Below, in pieces: positions 60,210 to 64,000 of a stretch of DNA of 64,000 nucleotides (the stretch's first letter is position 1; the number at the start of each line of letters is the position of its first letter). The position numbers and the translations under genes were made by a program. Source of the DNA: an uncultured Spirochaetota bacterium. Its GTDB lineage: Bacteria > Spirochaetota > Spirochaetia > SZUA-6 > Fen-1364. Location of the stretch: assembly GCA_963745235.1 (NCBI GenBank), contig CAVUXE010000053.1:224001-288000 (forward strand), written 5' to 3'. A model generated the notes under the pieces. It did not search any database, had not been told where the DNA came from, and saw only the letters and a list, made by a program, of their open reading frames with translations.

Positions 60210-60995
60210 ATGCAGGTCGACGTTTTCATCAGGCGCAGGAACAACGGCCTGCTCATGCTCGGCCTGTTTGCAGCCGTGACCATCGGCGCGGTCGTGCTCA
60301 CGCGCTACGACCTGGTCAAAGGGTTCACGAGCTTTGTCAGGGCGTTCGCCTGGGGAGTCTCCAGCTTCTACCCGGATGCTCAATCGATGAAAAAGCTCCC
60401 GGACATCCTCGAAAAACTATGGGACACGGTCTTGATCTCCATCGCCTCCACAATGGTGGCCGCTGTCTTTTCGCTCTTTCTGGCGCTCTCGGGTTCGAGG
60501 ACCACCCGTGCGAATCCGTTTTTCACCGTGCTGGCGAGGGGGATAGGGTCGTTCTTTCGGAACATGCCCCTGGTCGCGTGGGCCATGGTGCTGATACTGG
60601 CATTCAGCCAGAGTGAATTGACCGGCTTTCTCGCGCTGTTCTTCGGTTCCCTGGGCTTCCTTACCCGCACGTTCATGGAAACGATCGATGAAGTCGGGGA
60701 GGGTGTGGTGGATGCCTTGAGGGCCACCGGCGCGGCGCGCCCCCACATCACGACCCAGGCCGTCCTGCCCTCCAGCATGCCGCAGATGGTCAGCTGGCTG
60801 CTGTTCATGATCGAGACGAACATTCGTGACGCAACGCTCGTCGGCCTGCTCACCGGCACGGGAATCGGGTTCCTGTTCGACGTCTACTACAAATCCTTCA
60901 ACTACCACGCGGCAAGCCTCATCGTGATTGTCACCGTGATCGCCGTCATAGCCATGGAAACTATCTCGAACAGCGTACGAAGGGTAATCCTCTAG
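60210..60995 (+). CDS. phnE: Phosphonate ABC permease 1
   Basis: EAA-like VVDALRATGA motif, ETNIR.AT.VG, and TM helices. Confidence 0.88.
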   Translation: MQVDVFIRRRNNGLLMLGLFAAVTIGAVVLTRYDLVKGFTSFVRAFAWGVSSFYPDAQSMKKLPDILEKLWDTVLISIASTMVAAVFSLFLALSGSRTTRANPFFTVLARGIGSFFRNMPLVAWAMVLILAFSQSELTGFLALFFGSLGFLTRTFMETIDEVGEGVVDALRATGAARPHITTQAVLPSSMPQMVSWLLFMIETNIRDATLVGLLTGTGIGFLFDVYYKSFNYHAASLIVIVTVIAVIAMETISNSVRRVIL

Positions 60996-61842
60996 TGGAT
61001 TTCGAAGGACCGCTGCAATCGCGACAAAAACCCCTGACCCTGCCGGGAAGCGCCCCAAAACCCGATATTCGCGCAAAAAGGGTCACGTGGATCACGCTGG
61101 CCGTGCTGGTTGCCATCACGATCTATTGTCTGGTAACCATGAGCAGCGGAGGCGTCAACGTTCTGCACGCCACTGGTGACACCCTGAGAAACTTCAAGAT
61201 AATCTTCTTCCAGCCGCATCCGCACCGGCTTGCCGTCGGGGACGCGCTCATCGAGATCGTGATGACACTCGGCCTGGCCGTGCTGGCCACGATCCTCGGC
61301 GGCTGCGTCGCCTTTGTGCTCGGACTCCTCGGCGCGCAGAACCTCGCGCCGAAATGGATCACAAACGTCGTGAAAGGCATTGTCGCGTTCGTTCGGGCCG
61401 TTCCCACGATTCTGTGGGTCCTCATCTTCGCCGTTGCCGCCGGACTCGGCAGCACCGCCGCGGTCATTGGCCTGTCCTTCCACACGGTGGGGTATCTGAC
61501 GAAGGCATACTCCGAGTCATTCGAAGACCTGGATCGAGGCGTCATCGACGCGCTGAAGGCTACGGGGGCCGACTGGTTGCAGATCGTCTTTCAGGCGGTG
61601 ATACCGTCCTCCGCCACGTATCTCCTGTCCTGGACTTTTCTGAGGTTCGAGATAAACTTCGCCAACGCCGTGGCAATGGGGGCCGCGGCCGGGCGGCCGG
61701 AATTGGCTTCGATCTGTTCATGGCAAGCGGATTCTATTTCGATCTTCACGAAGTCGGGCTCATCACGTATGGTATTCTCGCTACGGCCGTCATTCTGGAA
61801 GTCGCGGCCACGAGGATCAAGACAAGGCTCAAGGACAAGTAA
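60995..61842 (+). CDS. phnE: Phosphonate ABC permease 2, -1 frameshift near 61691
   Basis: RAVPTILW, VIDALKATGA and RFEINF motifs. AAGIGFDL continues in the shifted frame. Confidence 0.85.
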
Positions 61843-61871
61843 GACGTGCGAAGGACCAGGAGGACAGCTCC

Positions 61872-62261
61872 ATGGGAAAAAAGATCGTCGCGAAAGCGGC
61901 CGTCATCGGTGGCCACGCGCTCGTCGGATGGGCCCTCTGCGCTGCAACCATGGGCATCGGCATGCAGCTCTTCCCGCTGTTGACGGCTCTGATCACCCAC
62001 GCCATCGGCGCTCCCATCTTTTTCGCGCTCGTTTCCTGGAACTATTTCCGGAGGTTCCGCTTTACTACTCCGGCGCAGACCGCGGCCATCTTTGTCCTTG
62101 TCGTGGTCTTCCTCGACTTCTTCCTTGTCGCCCTTGTGATCCTGAAAAGTCTGGCGATGTTCGCAAGCCTCCTCGGCACCTGGATTCCCTTCGCGCTGAT
62201 TTTCGCCTCGACGTACATCACGGGCCGATGGTGGGAGACCCAGGCTGAAACCCAGGGATAG
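61872..62261 (+). CDS. Small 4-TM membrane protein
   Basis: AGGAGG RBS. Four hydrophobic helices ending WIPFALIFASTYITG. Confidence 0.75.
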   Translation: MGKKIVAKAAVIGGHALVGWALCAATMGIGMQLFPLLTALITHAIGAPIFFALVSWNYFRRFRFTTPAQTAAIFVLVVVFLDFFLVALVILKSLAMFASLLGTWIPFALIFASTYITGRWWETQAETQG

Positions 62262-62271
62262 CGCCGCAGAA

Positions 62272-62467
62272 ATGGCCGAGCTCGAGTCCGGATTCATTCA
62301 TACGCTGTGCGTCCGCAGAGACTTCGCGGGAAGGAAGCTTTCGATTGGAATTGGGGGGGTACGCAGTGAGTGAAAGCAAGAAAAAGCTTGTCGAGTGCGT
62401 GCGGCTGGACGCGGATTTGGCCAATGCCCGGCTGTGCTCCCTGTACGACGGCATGCGGGTCATCTGA
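62272..62467 (+). pseudogene. Degenerate GNAT paralog of 63192..63678
   Basis: MAELE|SGFIHTLCVRRDFAG...VRLDAD...RLCSLYDG aligns with MAEIE...ESGFIHKLCVRRSFAG...LRLDTD...RLCALYEG. Internal deletion plus a G7 frameshift. Confidence 0.75.
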
Positions 62468-62471
62468 CAGC

Positions 62472-62921
62472 ATGGACGTTCGTATCCGCGAGGCCACGGA
62501 AGCCGACCTCGAACAGATTCTGGAAATCTACCGGGACGCCGGAATCGAGATGCACGGGAAACAGTCCCTGGAGAGTGCCCGGGCGGTGTTCAGGAAGATG
62601 GGGACATACCCCAACTACAAGTTGTACGTTGCTGCAATGGACGGCCGCGTGTCGGGAACATTCGCCCTCCTCATCATGGACAACCTCGCGAACGGCGGTC
62701 TGCCTTCCGGCGTGCTGGAGGATGTGGCCGTGCTGCGCTCCTGCCAGGGCAAAGGCATCGGGAAAGCAATGATGCAGAGCGCCCTTCGGACGTGCCGGGA
62801 TTCCAAGTGCTACAAGATGGTGCTGTCCAGCAATACGGCGAGGACCGGGGCGCACAAGTTCTATGAATCTCTCGGGTTTGTCCGCCACGGGTTCAGCTTT
62901 CGCGTCGACCTCTCCCCGTGA
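62472..62921 (+). CDS. GNAT N-acetyltransferase (GNA1/PhnO-like)
   Basis: IREAT..DL, LEDVAV...QGKGIG, CYKMVLSSN and AHKFYESLGF motifs. Confidence 0.88.
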   Translation: MDVRIREATEADLEQILEIYRDAGIEMHGKQSLESARAVFRKMGTYPNYKLYVAAMDGRVSGTFALLIMDNLANGGLPSGVLEDVAVLRSCQGKGIGKAMMQSALRTCRDSKCYKMVLSSNTARTGAHKFYESLGFVRHGFSFRVDLSP

Positions 62922-63063
62922 AGGTGTTCCCTCTCATGTTCCGCGAACGTTCCGTCCCGGGCGGTTCGAGTGAGCACAAGCACCCCGGGCGAGTTGAGGG
63001 TTTTCGAGCGCTTTTCGCGCTGGAATATGCCCGCTTGCGGCTGGTGAAAGTCCTTTTCCATAG

Positions 63064-63079
63064 TGGCACGGTGCTTGCA
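63064..63079 (+). promoter_or_regulatory. Sigma-54 promoter
   Basis: TGGCACG-GTGC-TTGCA, a perfect -24/-12 consensus in intergenic DNA. Confidence 0.7.
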
Positions 63080-63106
63080 ACAAAGTGCTGGCTATTCGGC
63101 GGCCTC

Positions 63107-63172
63107 TTCGCGCTGATTTTTGCGTCCACCTACCTGACGGGCAGAAGGTGGGAAGCCATGGCGACACAGGGG
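63107..63172 (+). pseudogene. C-terminal remnant of a paralog of the 4-TM protein
   Basis: FALIFASTYLTGRRWE versus FALIFASTYITGRWWE at about 62190-62237. Confidence 0.7.
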
Positions 63173-63191
63173 CAGCGGGGGGAACCGAACC

Positions 63192-63678
63192 ATGGCGGAG
63201 ATTGAGGTGCGCGCCGGTGATGTCGACACCGCTATCACGGTCATGCGCGAGGTCGCCCAGTGGTGCATTGACGTCGGGAAAAGCATGTGGAATCTCCAGG
63301 AGTTGACGCGTGACATGCTCCTGCGCCATCCGCGGACGGAGAGCAGCTTCATCGTCGCCTGGTCCGACGGCCAGCCCGCGGCCTCCATGATCCTCCAATG
63401 GCATGATCCGCAGTTCTGGCCCGGGGTAGAAGAGAATGAGTCCGGCTTCATTCACAAGCTGTGCGTCCGCAGGAGCTTTGCAGGGACGGGTCTGTCGACG
63501 AAAATGGTGGGATATGCGGCCAGCGAATGCCGCAGGAGAGGGGCGGGGTACCTGCGTCTGGACACCGATTCCACAAAGCCGAGGCTCTGCGCCCTCTACG
63601 AAGGGCTGGGATTCAAACGGGCCGGCCGGTAAGCTTCTGGATGGCAGGGACTACGCTCTTTACGAGCTGAAAATATGA
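63192..63678 (+). CDS. GNAT acetyltransferase, +1 frameshift near 63627
   Basis: IHKLCVRRSFAGTG, LRLDT and LYEGLGF motifs. Tail DYALYELKI lies in the shifted frame. Confidence 0.8.
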
Positions 63679-63688
63679 GATCCTCCAG

Positions 63689-63877
63689 TGTTCCACAGGC
63701 TTGTTCCACTGGTGGAACAGTGGCGCAGGGTTTGCCCCCCCGCGGGACCCCCTGGCGGGCAATCCGGCCTCCCGGGAGCTGGTTGATGGCTGTTAATCAA
63801 TTCCTAGAAGGAATTAGGCGATCTCCCAGCCCGGCATTGTTGACCATCCCCGATTCAGGGTTGGCATAGGGCTTGCA
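63689..63877 (+). promoter_or_regulatory. Sigma-54 promoter with upstream activator palindrome and IHF-like site
   Basis: TGGCATAGGGCTTGCA at 63862-63877. TGTTCCAC-TG-GTGGAACA at 63702-63719 plus a half-site at 63689. AATCAA-N4-TAG near 63795. Confidence 0.65.
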
Positions 63878-63888
63878 GCAAGAGAACG

Positions 63889-64000
63889 ATGGCAATGCAC
63901 GGACACATCAGGCCAGTGTTTGAATTGCGGGAAGGCATGATGGTAGGTTTTCCGGAGCTCGATGAGCAGCACCGGAGCATTGTCGCTGCAATCAGGGAGC
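63889..64000 (+). CDS. Hemerythrin-like protein (3' partial)
   Basis: Reads MAMHGHIRPVFELREGMMVGFPELDEQHRSIVAAIRE. VG..ELDEQHR matches the hemerythrin N-terminus. Confidence 0.6.
   Translation, partial: MAMHGHIRPVFELREGMMVGFPELDEQHRSIVAAIRE

Noticed and set aside
62918-63205. 95-aa ORF as a real gene
   Set aside because: It spans promoter DNA. Only its last part is a remnant of the membrane-protein paralog.
61872-63678. Integron cassette array of small GNAT and membrane genes
   Set aside because: No attC-like repeats or integrase are visible. A duplication explains the similarity.
63702-63719. parS site
   Set aside because: The half-sites resemble parS but are separated by 2 extra bases. 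The position fits a sigma-54 upstream activator sequence better.
1-64000. CRISPR array, rRNA, tRNA, transposase or integrase
   Set aside because: I saw no repeat-spacer pattern or recognisable motifs. The only tandem repeats are in-frame coding repeats.

Overview
A gene-dense, GC-rich bacterial chromosomal segment, probably from a free-living Spirochaetia-like organism (inferred from the OmpA and lipoprotein styles). I found no rRNA, tRNA, CRISPR array or transposase. In order, it contains: an OmpA-domain gene end; two HtrA/DegP paralogs with slyD and an RluA gene; a FecR/DUF6600-like surface protein; a hybrid histidine kinase; a divergent MFS/LacI pair; a hemerythrin-mgsA-KamA operon; and a five-gene signalling operon (RsbW/SiaB-like kinase, STAS/SiaC-like protein, PhcB-like methyltransferase, membrane PP2C phosphatase, PilZ). 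Next come a TPR lipoprotein, a GAF/HD-GYP gene, a third HtrA, a MarR-ABC exporter, a sugar/polyol catabolic cluster, an acyl-CoA ligase, a NodIJ-like ABC pair, mgrA, an IclR-panB-unknown enzyme unit and a cadherin-like lipoprotein. A ~14 kb phosphonate island follows (phnXW, phnGHIJKLM, acetyltransferase, IMPase, 2H phosphoesterase, phnDCEE), with three 11-bp-periodic Pho-box-like arrays and no phnN, phnP or phnF in the window. The window ends in a decayed duplicated GNAT region with two sigma-54 promoters. About ten genes carry single-base indels, mostly in G/C runs, which look like sequencing errors. The best candidates for undescribed biology are the PhcB-like methyltransferase plus partner-switch operon, a 2H phosphoesterase plus IMPase pair that may replace PhnP/PhnN, and the IclR-controlled panB plus unknown enzyme unit. 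All product calls come from motif recognition by eye, not database searches.
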